DNA of 64,000 bases, taken from the NCBI GenBank assembly GCA_964016885.1, contig CAXHJY010001446.1, positions 1-64,000 on the forward strand, given 5' to 3'. A model generated the notes under the pieces. The model saw only the letters and a list, made by a program, of their open reading frames with translations, made no database searches and was not told where the DNA came from. The stretch comes from Eledone cirrhosa (taxonomy: Eukaryota). A program made the position numbers and the translations under genes. Positions 14,316 through 28,659 of the stretch are shown here, in pieces (the first letter of the stretch is position 1; each line of letters opens with the position of its first letter).

Positions 14316-15542
14316 GTCAGGCATCAATATATTATATAATTTGGTATTCTCTTCTTGCAGACTTCACCAGTTAAGATTATGCCAATCTATAAATACTTCC
14401 TAGCTTATTACTAAAGGAAATATTGATGACGATGATGATTATATAATAATAATAATAATAATAGTAATAATAGTAATTATAATCAAATACGTTCTTTTGT
14501 GTCTTTACAATTGATTTTATCATTGGATAATATATTATTGTTTGTTGTTGTTGCTGTTGTTGTTGTTGTTGTTGGCGCTGTTGTTGTTGTTGCTGCTATT
14601 GTTGGCGCTGTTGTTGTTGTTGTTGCTGTTGATGATGTTGCTATTGTTGTTGTGGTTCTAGTCAATGTGTAAATATGATTTATTTCCCACCCCACACTCT
14701 CTCTCTCACTCTCTCTCTCTCTCTCTCACTCTCACTCTCTCTCACTCTCTCTCTATATATTCTTTGTTACTTCATTATCTATTTATTTACTTTTTCATTT
14801 GTTCCATAAAACAAATAAAAACAAAATTCCAGAAAAGAATCGAAACAGGTTTATAATTGCCTATTTATTCATTGTAATATTATTAAGTGTAACACTGGCA
14901 ACAACAACAACTGTAGCAGCAACAATAACAACAACACCACCAACAACAACAATATATGTGTAGAAATATACAAAATAAATAAAATGACTATATTGTAAGT
15001 GTGTGTGTGTGTGTGTGTGGCTTACCGTATTATATGAAAGAATTCAATAAACATTTGATGTTGAATACACACACACACACACATATATATATATGTACAC
15101 ATACTTACACACACACACACATATATATATATATACGTATGTATAAGGAGAGTTATACCAACCTACCTGCCTATATACATACAGTCATCCACACTTACAC
15201 ATACACGTATATACATGTTTGTGTATTTGTGAATGTGTGCATGTAGATATGTATATATTCGTGTATGTATATTACAACAAAAGTAATTAAACAAGAATTA
15301 GCTATATTCGTCCGTAAATGGAATATATAACATATTGCAGAATTCTGTAGAAATATATGAGTAAAATTTACTTTGAAATCTAATGAAATACAATACGGTA
15401 GCAATGGCGACGTTTAGAAGCCGGGGACGTGAACATTAATGGAGAAAAGAAAAGAAAAAAACTTTCATAGAAAAATAAGAACAAAACAGATAATTCCAAA
15501 TTGCAGTCTTCATAAAAAAAACATCATTATTATCATCATGAC

Positions 15543-15817
15543 GTTGGTCGTCGTCGTAGTTGTTGTTGTTCGTCGTCCGTCGTTGTTGTTCGTTGTCCGT
15601 CGTTGTTGTTCGTTGTCCGTCGTTGTTGTTCGTTGTCCGTCGTTGTTCGTCGTCCGTCGTTGTTCGTTGTTCGTCGTTCGTCGTTGTTCGTCGTTGTTCG
15701 TTGTTCGTTGTTCGTCGTTGTTCGTTGTTCGTCCGTCCGTCGTTGTTCGTCCGTTCGTCGTTGCTCGTCGTTGGTCGTTGTTGTTCGTCGTTGTCGTTGT
15801 CGTCGTTGTAGTTCGTC
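15543..15817. repeat. Degenerate (GTT/GTC)n low-complexity repeat
   Basis: Read directly; open in several frames. Confidence 0.9.
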
Positions 15818-17569
15818 ATAACTTGCGGTGTTTGTTTCAACTCTGTTTTCATTTCAAATCCCACCCCATGACACCCCGGAAAATCTATAACGGACAGATA
15901 GTATCAGTAAATGAAAGTTCAATGGAAGAATAGTTTCTTTGATCCGATTTGGTAAATTGGCTTCTTTCACTTTTTTCTTAGTCTATATTATATTCGGTGT
16001 GATTTGAGTAAGATTTCGCTACTACTTCTTCGACTTTCAGCTACTTGGTTGTGGTATAAACACATTAGATCGCTTGATGTCTGCTGTTTTGTGTGGCTTT
16101 AGCCAAATAGTAACATCTTTAGTTACAAGAATGGTGCACATTTTGAGAAATACTTCCCTTGTATAAAAAAGTTTGTCGGACAATATTTATTTGTTGTTTG
16201 CCGACAAGATAGGGAATTCATTTGCAACCCACACCTCACCTTTATTGTGGAAAAAATAAAGAAAGAGAAGAATTAGGAGGAAGAGGTGAAAGTTATGTAC
16301 AATAACAACAACATATATTGTAACTAATCTAGGAAAGTACATCTAACAAGCTTACAGACCTCATTGACATTTCTAGGTAGGGCAGAATTTATATATTCGA
16401 ATGAACCTTTGTTGAACTTATGAATGAAGCCTTCATGTTGGATTCTAGCATTTAAAGAATGAGAATTTCGGAATGGAATTTGCGATAAGGATTTGGGGGG
16501 GGGGGGGCTGGAGCTAAAGATAGCACATATCTTAAGTTAGATTTTGTTTTCGCTAATAGATATTTTTAAAAGGAAACTTAGGTCATGTCATATGAAGGTC
16601 AACTGTTGTTCACATAATTGGCATTGCATGAGATCATGGAGTTGTGTGACATACACATGCACACACACATAGAATCATACGGGCTTCCACCAAAACACCC
16701 CACCTCCACACACGCACATATATATATATAGAGAGAGACATTTTAATATATATAGGCATATGAATTTATATATATATATATATATATATATAGACATACA
16801 TATATTATGCATGTATAATGTACTTTCCAATATAACTGACATTTGACTACACGTGTTTCTCTCACTTTAACTTTCATTTTACCTTTGTTTCTTACATATT
16901 TCTCCCCCATAAATCTTTTCTTCTGTCTCTGTTTTCCTTTCCAATGAAGAATAACATCCAAAACGTTAAGACTATTTTTATTACTTCATTTAAGTGTTCC
17001 ACTAATATAATCTTATCGTAATGTTTTCTTCTCTAATGCTTTTCTTCTATTTCTTTACTTGTATTACACACACACACACAGACACACATGCATATATACA
17101 AACGTGCACTTGTATAAATATCTGCCTGCCCCCACTACACGTACCCACCTCACACTAGAACCTTAATTTTCTAGATTTTCTCCAATCATTAATCTCATTA
17201 TATTCTACTATTTGCTGGGGAAGCCTTTAAATATCATGGCATACAAAGATGCTATAGAACAATAGTGAAACAAAGACAACGCCATAAATATTTACAACAC
17301 TTATTAAAGTGCATAGCAGGGAAACAAATGCACTGTAGGTGTAGAAGACATTAATACATTATACAAACACTCATAGAACCAAATATAATGCAGAGTGTCT
17401 AATCAAAATATAACATTAATAATATACAAACAAACATCATTGAAAAATCATATAATTAAATAAGATATAAGATGGAAAGCCCAATCACGTTACAAACTAA
17501 CATGTTTATAGGACAAGTTGTACGCCTACACGTGTAGAGAGAACTGCAGAAGTAATAGGAGTAGGATTA

Positions 17570-18150
17570 GCATCAGTTAGAGCACCATCAACATCAGTAA
17601 CATCACCGCCGACATCAGCAACATCACTAACAACATCAGTATGATCACCATCAACATCACCGCCAACATCAGTAACATCACTGTCAACATCAGCAACATC
17701 ACCACCAAAATCAACATCACCACCAACATCAGCAACATCATTGCCAACATCACCACCAACATCAGCAACATCATTGCCAACATCACCACCAACATCAACA
17801 ACATCACCACCAACATCAGCAACATCATTGCCAACATCACCACCAACATCAGCAACATCACTGCCAACATCACCACCAACATCAACAACATCACCACCAA
17901 CATCAACAACATCACCACCAACATCACCACCAACATCAACAACATCACCACCAACATCAGCAACATCACTGCCAACATCACCACCAACATCAACAACATC
18001 ACCACCAACATCAACAACATCACCACCAACATCAACAACATCACCAACATCAGCAACATCACTGCCAACATCAGCAACATCACTGCCAACATCACCACCA
18101 ACATCAACAACATCACCATCAACACCACCGCCAACATCAGTAACAGCATT
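17570..18150. repeat. Codon-phased minisatellite (ACATCACCACCA / ACATCAGCA units)
   Basis: Units of 9, 12 and 21 nt; open in 4 frames, giving PTS-rich, ITN-rich, DVGG-rich and ML-rich translations. Confidence 0.85.
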
Positions 18151-18787
18151 AGCAATAACAACCGTGTCGACAAGAAACCTTAAAGCTCTAACAACAATAT
18201 TATGAACCACCAACACAACCACAAAAATATACTGCAAAGAAAGTAAAAATGAAAAACAACATTATCAATAATAAAACATTAACCCATAGGCCTTTGAACA
18301 TGCTACAGATGTCTAAAGTGATTTATAATTTGATGAGAAACATGAGAGATCATTACGACTTCTGCTATTACATTGGACATACAAATACGACACCTTGATG
18401 ATTCCCAATGTATTCACAAGGAACAATCACCAGATCTTTCATGAAAATCAAAACAAGATCGAAGAAAAAATATTTACCAAATTAACTAACTTATCAAGAA
18501 GTTATATTAAAAACAAAACAGTGCAAACAATAGGAGAGTAAAGAGTTGTTAGAGTTTCGGTTTAAATATCTTGCCTGGTTTGTTACGGATCTCTGAGTTC
18601 AAATGATGCTAAAGTGATATTTACAGGTCATCCTTTCATGGTCGATAAATAAAACACAAATACATAGCGGTGGAATGGGTGACTGAGGAGAAGGGACTGT
18701 GTTTCATCCGTTTTTCAGTTGACTTCGCCCACCTTTTTTTAAAATTAATTTGATAAGATCTTATCCGCGTGGAGTATATATATATAT

Positions 18788-18808
18788 ACTCTGGATACTT
18801 TACACACC

Positions 18809-18856
<48 letters not shown>

Positions 18857-18898
18857 AATAATTTGTTATTTTCGTCTTTGTGATTATATATATATATA

Positions 18899-18937
<39 letters not shown>

Positions 18938-19002
18938 CACAAAGACGAAAATAACAAATTATTTAAATATATATATATATATAGGTGTGTAAAGTATCCA
19001 GA

Positions 19003-19057
<55 letters not shown>

Positions 19058-19121
19058 CACAATATATATATATATATATATATATAATCACAATATATAT
19101 ATATATATAATATATATAATC

Positions 19122-19158
<37 letters not shown>

Positions 19159-19275
19159 TAATCACAATATATATATATATATATATATAATCACAATATA
19201 TATATTTATATAATCACAATATATATATATATATATATAATCATAAAAACGAAAATAACAAATTATTTAAATTAA
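18788..19275. repeat. Local inverted duplication plus (TA)n-ATAATCACA tandem array
   Basis: ACTCTGGATACTTTACACACCTAT (18788) / ATAGGTGTGTAAAGTATCCAGAGT (18981); ACGAAAATAACAAATTATTTAAAT occurs in 3 copies, one inverted. Confidence 0.85.
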
Positions 19276-20054
19276 TTTACTAGAAGAAGCAAATATATTT
19301 TAAAGGGGAAAAAAACTTTTTTTTTAAATCAAAAACAGAAGGTAATATTATAATTTTGTTATCACATAATTTAATATATTCATACAAAAAAATCACCACC
19401 GAAAAACTTAATTAAATAAACAAAAATGAAAAAATAAAAGCCTGAAAGGATACGTTTTTATTTTTAATGTTTTAATATTCTGTGATGTTTATATGTTATT
19501 TTTACTTTAACATTTCAGCTTTCTAACTATACTGAACTCATGTAAGTGCATCGGAAAGTTGCCGATGGCTGAATAACAATCTGTAGCGAGAATGACTGGA
19601 CAATGATTAACTTCCCTGTGATTTACTAATAGTGATTTCAAAATAATGTCGAAATCATACTGACATAAATGAACTTATATGTCACGTGTAGTTTGTAGTG
19701 TTGGCGACAGTAGGTTGACATCTCATCGCTACCATGACAATCAACATTATTTTCCAATTCAAGAAAGTGTTTAAATATAAGTTTTAAAAGCAAAGGTAAC
19801 GGGAAGTAGTTCCAGCAAGATCCTGTTAACAAAACCTCATACAGCATTCTCCGATATCCGAATGGCTAAATGTCAGCAGGACACCCAGAAGTCATGACCT
19901 GGTGGATGTGGACTGTCTCCTTAAAATGTAAGAAGTTAAGGGCTGAAACACCTACATGAGAGAGTTTCTTCTCTGAAGACCTTCTGCTGTCCAGCTCTCT
20001 TGAGAGTTTCTTACCACTAGGTTGTCTGTAATAGTTCATGTATGTTCCCATATC

Positions 20055-20172
20055 TACCGAGGGAGCCGTAGGAGCGCCTTATTGACATACAGCGTTTCTA
20101 GGGCATTTTTAAAAACCTGTCGGAGCCCATCACTTCTCCAGGTCTGAATACAGCAGATTTCTTTCAGAGAAG
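20055..20172 (-). repeat. Unclassified dispersed repeat, with copies at 45530-45642 (+) and 37222-37305 (+)
   Basis: Shared GAAATCTGCTGTA.TCAGACCTGGAGA...GATGGGCTC.G.CAGGTTTT...GGCGCTCCTAC. Confidence 0.7.
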
Positions 20173-20869
20173 GGATAGATAGTATGAAAATGGAAGTGGG
20201 TAACACACACTCACACACATACACACACTCTCATGCACACAGGCACCTTCCCACACACCTACAAACATACTATCTCTTTCTCTCATGCACATGTATGCAT
20301 GAACGGCAAATTTAATATCGGTGGTATTTGAAGTCAATAATAATAATAATAATAAATGAAATAAAATTTCGCATTTTTATTTTATATTTTCTTGGAAAGC
20401 CGGTTTTTTTTAAATTCCAAAACACTGCACTAATTTGCATAATTACTTTGAATTAATTATGTTTTAATTATGTAATTTTTTACAATGTTTATTAAAGTGT
20501 TCAGTGTGCTATACTAATCTTAGATCGTTTAAATTGCTGATAATAAAGCTAAGTTCAAAGATTATACAGTATGTGACATTTGCCATCAGAATATGCAGCC
20601 ATATGCAAAATTTCAGGCACGTATGTGCAACACTGTGACCTAGAACATGGAATATATTTAAATATAGTACCATTTTATATATATATATACATATATACAC
20701 ACATTTTAATTAACAAACATGAGGAGACAGCACTCAATATACAATAATGTTTCATTATTGTATTAATGAGATTAAAGTAGAAACAGTCTGATGTGAGTAT
20801 TATACATACACACACATACACTCTCATACACACAGAGATATATATATAATGTATTATATATATATATGT

Positions 20870-21057
20870 GGAGGATTGGGCAGTATCGGTAGAGGGTCTG
20901 GCGCCATGCTTTGACGCATAGAGTTACTGCCCTTGCCATTCTGAGTTCAATTCCCGCCGAGGTTAACTTTACCTTTCATCCTTACGGGGTCGATAAAATA
21001 AAGTACCAGTAATGCACTGGGTAATTGCTGGCCTTGTGCCAAAAGTAGAAACAATTA
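20870..21057 (+). mobile_element. SINE family C (tRNA-like head, Deu/Nin-like centre)
   Basis: GAGTTCAA.TCCCGCCGAGGT.AACTTT.CCTTTCATCCTTACGGGGTCGATAAAATAAAGTACCAG; more than 10 copies in the window. Confidence 0.85.
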
Positions 21058-21749
21058 TATATATATATGTAATGTTCATAATGTACTTTTTAAAATGTCT
21101 GATACTTTGAATTTCGATGTCTATGTGTGTGTATTTTGCATACACACACACACACACTCTCTCTCTCTCTCTCTCTCTCTCACATATATATATATATATG
21201 TATATAGATATAACATACACACACATACTTATTCAGTGAGAAAGAGAGAGAGAGAGAGAAAGAAAACTTGCCTACATATAACCAAAAGACACAGATAATT
21301 CAAACTTTCAGCCATATCTTTAAAGTACATTATAAATATTATCTTAATTAAAATTCCCTCAAACAACAATACACACTAAGACTGGATCAGTGGTTCTGTT
21401 AAGTCTTCTAGTATATCTTAATGTCTTTATATCAGTATTTTAGTATTTGGTAGTTTTAATTCTTCAGTTCTTTCATTTATAGAAGAGAAGAAACCGATCC
21501 TATTACAGTCTAGTGACATTGCTGTGATATATTCACCAAAGTTGTTGATTATATTTTTGCATGTTTATCATATAGACTATACAGCAGGGTTGCTGCGTAA
21601 TGTATGTGTGTATATGTGTGTGTCTGTATATATGTGTGTGTATGTATCTAGTTGTGTAGTTCTGTATGAACAGCCCTCTTTCCTTCTTTCTTTCTTTAAA
21701 ACAATTTGTCCACTTATCTACTCTTTCTCAACTTATGTCCTTGTATATT

Positions 21750-21787
<38 letters not shown>

Positions 21788-21835
21788 AATTTATATATAT
21801 ATATATATATATATAATGTGTGGGTGTGAAATATG

Positions 21836-21953
21836 ACATGCATTAATTTCAATCCTAATAACTGCATTGTTTCTTTCCAGGGACTATATTGAAAAATAAA
21901 CCTCATTTGGTCGTTCCACGAGAGTATCTTGGTCAGCCTATGAACTTTTCAGT
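21836..21953 (-). mobile_element. Mariner-like terminal fragment, copy of 33107-33248
   Basis: ~95 bp near-identical to the 33.2 kb copy. Confidence 0.6.
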
Positions 21954-23100
21954 CGACACTCATAGTTCTGCGTGATCAGGGCTGACTTAGGGTTAAAACA
22001 ACAACATGGCCGACGAATCAATTCCGAGGTATGTCTTTCTATTAATACATGAAACAAGGCCATATTTAATAAAGTGATATTTCAGGGAGTTGTTACTTGG
22101 GGCAGCAATTAACAACCCCTTTCAGTGTTTCTATAATGTTTCTAATTGTTGTTATAGCTGTTGTCTTTATGGTAGTTATTGTTGGTGTCGTCGTGGTTAT
22201 AGATGTTATTATTGTTGTTGTATTGTTTTTTTTGTTGACGTTGTTATCGATTGTGATATTGATATTGTTGTTGCCTCTCAATTCAGGCTCCCTGACAACG
22301 AATCTCAAATATATGAGGTCAACACTTCACTCTCCAGCTCAACTCTAATTTAGACATTTTGATTAATGACTTCACTAAATCGTAATTGTGACAAATTATA
22401 GGAATAAGAATATATATATATATATATATATATATTAATAATAAGTAGGAACAAGGTGTATGTGTGTGTCTCTCTCTCTGAATATGTATATATATATAAT
22501 TCATACACACACAAATATTATTCATTTATTAGAAGAGGTCATCTGGTGACATAGATTTGTCAATTACTCGTATTATTGCATGAAAATATTTCGTAACGAA
22601 CCTCACAAAATATCAAGAACGAATTATGAATTACAAGTTATTCTGAATGTTACATGATTTATGAACATACTAACACATCGAAGCACAACTGATTGGGACC
22701 TAACTAGCTCCAATTATCGATCTATGGCTTGCCAAACTCGTACGTTATCTTAACCTGATTATAGCTAAACGAAATATTATATATAACCCTTAGAAATAGT
22801 TTTTCTTCTAGCCACAGATTTCTGTCTTTTGAGGTAATTTTTACCCAACGCACTGTCATTGGCGGTATTTTGTTGTGTTAACAGCAATTCTTGTGTTGAA
22901 TCTTATTAGAGAGAGGACGAGAGAGAGTGAGAAAGAGATATAGAGGAAGAATCAACCTCAATACTGAATTTAAACTTTTTTCTATTGGCCTCGAAAATAT
23001 AAAAGCAAAGTTGATGTCGGTGGGATTTGAACCTTATAAATACCAGCTTATAATGGGATCAGACAGTCGTAGTCTCATGGAATTACCTATCTAAGGCAAT

Positions 23101-23330
23101 ATTGGTTTCTGATTTAGGCACAAGTCGATTTAATTGACTTCTCCCTTCCAACAATTGTTTGGGAGGGAGAAGTTGATTAAATCCTTCATAGTTCATTATT
23201 GATACTTTATTAATCGACCCCGTAAGGATGAAAGGCAAAGTTAACATCGGTGGGATTTGAACTCGGAACATAAAGGGTCGCAACCCTAAGCCGCTGCTAA
23301 TGTTCTACCAATTCTGCCAATCCACCGCCC
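23101..23330 (-). mobile_element. SINE family C
   Basis: Reverse complement of the family C consensus. Confidence 0.8.
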
Positions 23331-24264
23331 TTATCCAACTAGATGCTGTCAATCTGTACATTTTCCAATACCAAGGCTATCCAATACAAATTGAATTTAT
23401 GGCGATAATGAATGCAAATGTATATAGCAGGAAGAAGAGTTCTTATTTCTATTTCATGGATTTTTTCTTATTAAAAAAAAGCTTTTTGCGTTGTTGTTTT
23501 TCATTATTTCTAAGGAAATTTCGTCCATTAAGAAATATGGAAAGTATTCGTTAGAGGGGAAAATATAAAGAATAACGATTCTTCAATAATCTTAAACAAT
23601 ATTCATCATAATGTTCCAACAAGGAACAGAATAACTGCCTTTTTTTTGTCTGTTTTTCTTTTTAACATTTTTTTACTCATTTTGTTTTCTTTAAAATTAT
23701 TGAATTTTCAGTATTCTTCTCAAATTGTAAGGCTTTCAAAATATTTTTTTTCGCCACATTTTAATTTAAAATTTCTTTTCTTCTCTCTACACCTTTCTAA
23801 CACCTTTTAATTTCTTTATAATACGTTTCAAAAAAAGAACCGGGCAAAAGCTTTCAAGGTTTGGAGAAAGAAAGAAAATGTAATATTAATAACAATAGTA
23901 AATATTACTATTATTATTGTTGTTGTTATTATTATTATCATTATATTAATATTATTATTATTATTGTTATTATTATGTTATCATTATTATTATTGTTGTT
24001 TGCGTTGTTTTTTTTGTTGTTTTATTATTACAGAAGATACCGAACAAATGCATTAAAATAGAAGCAATAAGGGAGAGGGGGAGAGACAGAGAAAGAGAGA
24101 GGCAGGGGGGGGGGAGAGGCAGAGGCAGAGAGAGGGGGGTCTTTAACTATTGTTGAATGTACCTTTGGGTGGAAACAGTTATAGTAGCGATAAATACACA
24201 TAAACACACAATACATACACATATATTTATATATACATGCATGCATACACTCACAGGCACACAA

Positions 24265-24305
<41 letters not shown>

Positions 24306-24494
24306 CTCCCATATGCGTACACATATGTACATACATAAATACATTTTATTAACAGAGAGGTTCGTATATATGTTTATAGGTCTGTGTCTATGTGCATTCA
24401 TGTGTATCTATGTGTACATATCTTCATGTGTGTGTTATCTATATGTATATGTATGAATGTATATGCATATATCTCCCTATATATATATATATAT

Positions 24495-24546
<52 letters not shown>

Positions 24547-24633
24547 ACTTCAGTGATTACTAGATAACTACAGAGATAGATGAATGAACAGAAAAGATAG
24601 TGTTACGTGATGAATGGTGTATATATATATTTA

Positions 24634-24712
<79 letters not shown>

Positions 24713-25111
24713 GGGGAGGGGGCTGTAGTGAAAGACAGCACAATAGAAACTCATCATGAGGGAGGGGTTGACAGGTTAGAAGGATGGGATTGGGAAACAA
24801 AAAGAAAAGAATTGAAGAGGAAATATGATAGATTTAGCTGGCAAATTAATATTTTAATACCATTTCTATAATAATTTTATCGTCGTCTCAGTGTTTTATA
24901 TGATATGGGAAATAGAAAGAGTTTTTAGTATGCATAGGAGTGTGTGTATGTATGTGAGTATATGGGGGTGCTTGTGTGTTTGTGTGCAGGAATTGTGGTG
25001 GCGGCGGCGGCGGGCTTAAAAGGGATGAGGTTTGTAATAGTGGTCGGTTATATAATATTTGCGGTAGTTTCATGCGAAGAAATTAGAGGAGAATTGTATG
25101 ATTAAAAGGAT

Positions 25112-25405
25112 ATGGTGGTGGCGGTGGTGATGGTGGCGGTGGTGATGGTGGAGCTGCTGATGGTGGCGGTGTTGATGGTGGCGGTGGTGATGGTGGCGGT
25201 GGTGATGGTGGCGGTGGTGATGGCGGCGGTGGTGATGGTGGTGGTGGTGATGGTGGCGGTGTTGATGGTGATGGTGTTGATGGTGGTGATGGTGGCGGTG
25301 TTGATGGTGGCGGTGGTGATGGTGGTGGTGGTGATGGTGGCGGTGTTGATGGTGGCGGTTATAGTTTCAGTAGTAGTTGTGGCTGGTGGTGGTGGTAGTG
25401 GTAGA
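25112..25405. repeat. 15-bp minisatellite GGTGGCGGTGGTGAT
   Basis: Read directly. Confidence 0.9.
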
Positions 25406-25567
25406 ATGGGGTAGGAGAAGGCTGGGGGTGTGGGGGGAGGGGCAGTGGTAGCCTTAATGGTGGTGGGTTGTGTGGTTGGCGATGGGTGCAGGATTGAAAA
25501 AACAGTGAAAATGACTTTGAGTGGAAAAGAAAGGAAAGGTACATGAGCAAAGATTAATCTCTCTCTC

Positions 25568-25625
<58 letters not shown>

Positions 25626-26349
25626 CACACATCTGAAAATTGAATGCAGATTAATAATACTGAGACGTACCTTACTTTAGAAGCATATTGTATGTGGTAA
25701 ATAAAATGTCACCTTTACTTTGGTTTATATTTTCTTTTGGACATTTGAATTATTTCTGTCTCTTAAAGAAGCTACATCACCATACAAGAGATGCTACACA
25801 TATACAGATTTCATGAATATTGTTAAATATGAGAAGTTGACTGATTAAATTCAGAGATGTTTTCATTTTATTTTACTGAATTGAAAAGAAAACATAAAAG
25901 CCAGCACAAAAACAACAAAGAACAAAACAAAATAAAATATAGAAAAACAAAAGAAAAAATACAAAATTAAACAGAAATTCGCTGCAGACAATTGATGGAT
26001 TTTATTTTACAATGTTTGGTTCATTTCTATTCTGCTTAACAACATTATTCATATGAATGTGTATATATATACACACATACACATATAAACTCACACGCAT
26101 ATATATTTTTCACATATACATATATATACTGATATATATTATATTATTTATGTTCATACACAGAACAAAAAGTTCTACCTTAGGTTTCAAGGTCTAGTTA
26201 TGACTAATTCCTCAGATTGTGCAGTGGTGCGCAATGTACAGAGGAGGAATCAAATTCGTAATCTAAAGAATGAGTTAGGAGAAAGCGGAGGTTGGAAGGT
26301 GGGGAAAAGGAATGGTTTATCAGCCTGGGTGAGATGGGCAATGTATATA

Positions 26350-26695
26350 TCATCATCATCATCATCATTTCATTTTACGTCCACTTTTCCCTGCTTGCAA
26401 GGGTGGGACAGGAACTGATTCTGGCTTGATTTCTACAGCTGGATGCCCTTCTTAACACCAACCTCATTTACAGTGAGTGCTGGGTACTTTTTTGCCATGG
26501 CACCTGCACGACCACTTTGCAGTAGAATGTTATGGACCCCAGTCCCTAGCATCTCATTTCTACAGCTGAGTAAACTGGAGCAATGTGAAATAAAGTGTCT
26601 TGCTCAAGGAAACAACACATCACCCGGTCTGAGAATTGAACTCACAACCTTTCGATTGCAAGGTCAATGCTCTAACCACTAAGCCATGTGCCTCC
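26350..26695 (-). mobile_element. Full-length tRNA-derived SINE family A with RTE-derived tail
   Basis: Head GGAGGCACATGGCTTAGTGGTTAGAGCA...TTGCAAT...GAGTTCAATTC, CORE-like centre, (TGA)n tail. Confidence 0.9.
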
Positions 26696-27214
26696 ACATA
26701 TATATATATATATATATATACACACGCACAAACACACACACACACACACATAAACTCTTCAGACATCACAAAAGGTAATTGAGGACACACATCTTCTTAA
26801 GTTACATGCAGAATAATTGCTGCAAAATCACAGAATGTCCTCCATGTCTGCTACTCAAAAGGCCTTTGTTTAGTGAGGGAGCAGAATTCCCACATAACTT
26901 GTGGAAGAAATATGCTACCGTTGAAGTGAGGTTTGCCATTCACTATGGAAGAGGAGGGTGATGTGATCCTCGTGCAATCGTATTGTGGCCAAAGACTGAC
27001 CAAACTCAGGGTGACACAAGTGCCATCTAAATAGCCTTCCTTTAACTAATAACGCCCATCACTGCTGACATCAAAGATGGAACCACCTCCTCACAGTTCA
27101 GAAGATGAGAAAAGAAAACTGGCCCAGAACGGAGGTGGATCTCCTCAACCAAACTGACCAACAATCCCTACACACCATGCTTGAGGTTATTGACTCCCAA
27201 GATGATACTTATCT

Positions 27215-27380
27215 GAGCAGGTTTCTGGATATTGGCCATGCTGGGGCTTTTCTTGCCATAGTTTCATCATAGTATCCTGGAGATCTGTTTTCAACTTGGA
27301 TTTTATTATTGTTGCAGTTTTTGTTGCTGTTTCTTCTGATTTTTTTGATTTTCTTCACAATTATCAGCTTCTGGTTTGAA
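27215..27380 (-). pseudogene. R4/Dong-like non-LTR retrotransposon fragment
   Basis: Minus-strand translation SEETATKTATIIKSKLKTDLQDTMMKLWQEKPQHGQYP resembles the W..KP.HGQY motif after the RT in R4/Dong ORFs; adjacent to (TAA)n. Confidence 0.5.
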
Positions 27381-27403
27381 TATTATTATTATTATTATTA
27401 TTA

Positions 27404-27998
27404 TCGGTCGAGTCCATAGTGAAGATCGACCCACCACCTTCCTTAGGTCAGGAAGAGCAGGCAATTTTCCTCTGCCTGGTGGTCGTTGCAAAAGAGGTTG
27501 TATGGTGGACCAGATTAAAAGGACTGAAGACAGACACTTTTCTCTTCGGCCAATCCCTCATCAACTTCTTCAAGTTTCAACTGGAAAGGAAGGTGAGGGT
27601 GGAGAGAGAAGTGCTGCCCCCCCCCCCCCCCCCGTACATTTGCTAAAAGGTGGATGAATGTGACAAGAATGGCCCGTGTGAATGGGCCTTCTCCGACCAT
27701 GCGCCTATAGGCTAGCTAACTTGAGGAGAGGGGTGCTCTCCCTGGGTGCCCTAGAAGTGCAGTGTGGTTCAGGATTGGTGGGGTATCTGAGTCACCCCTG
27801 GGTCGTCCACCCACTATAGGGGAATTTATTTTGTTATATTTATGCATAGTTTATTTTATATTTTTTATATTTTCATTGTTAAATTAGTCTTGCCATTGTG
27901 CAATTTTACTCAACCTTATTGTAAACCCCCACTGTCCTTGTCTTGTCCCCTACATGTTGGCCCTTGTGACTAATAAATGAAATCATTATTATTATTAT
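27404..27998 (+). mobile_element. 5'-truncated Tx1/L1-type LINE 3' end
   Basis: FLCLVVVAKEVVWWTR...LINFFKFQLERKVRVEREVL..(frameshift in poly-C)..FAKRW; 3' UTR, AATAAA and (ATT)n tail. Confidence 0.65.
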
Positions 27999-28480
27999 GT
28001 CTGTTAGGTTTCCTTGATTGGCTGAAGAGGGCTGGTCTCCTTATTCATCGTATGTATTTATATTTTATTTCACATTCTTATACGTTCATCCATTGAATGT
28101 AAAACTCCCATCACTTAGCAATTCGTCCATTGTAATGCCAATCCGTTCGTCTCCAATACAGCACAAACAATAGCATTATATTCATGAATACTAATATCAG
28201 TGTTAATGTTATTAAATTTAATTTAAAAAAAACTTATCAGTTAAAGATAACGACTGATTCATAGAAACAATTATAAAATAGAGAAAAATGAATAAACTGA
28301 CAAAATATGATATATAGAAGCATTTAAAATATGTCTTAGGCAAAACCTGAAGTCGCATTTATACAAATTTCAGCTTCCATTAAATTGTATGCTATCATAG
28401 ACGTACATATTGTTTTTTTTCATGTGTTTGCCTATATACTTATAAACTTGTACACATACACACACCCATGTATAAATATA

Positions 28481-28636
28481 TCATCATCGCTTAACGTCTA
28501 TCTTCCACACTAGCATGGGTTAGACGGGAGTTGTCCCACTTGAGGCAAGATTAGTTGGGTGACCGAATCTCGCTCGTATATGACACGGTCACCCGACCAA
28601 TCTTGCCTCAACTGGGACAACTCCAGTCTAACCCAT
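28481..28636 (-). mobile_element. RTE 3'-tail fragment with inverted duplication
   Basis: (CAT)n plus RTE tail; arms at 28515-28565 and 28586-28636. Confidence 0.75.
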
Positions 28637-28659
28637 ATGTATATATATATATATATATA

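Noticed and set aside
15436-15933. Long overlapping ORFs
   Set aside because: They come from a stop-free (GTT/GTC)n repeat
21861-21975. Possible exon after TTTCTTTCCAG
   Set aside because: The sequence recurs at 33.2 kb with a stop and is better explained as a mariner-like end
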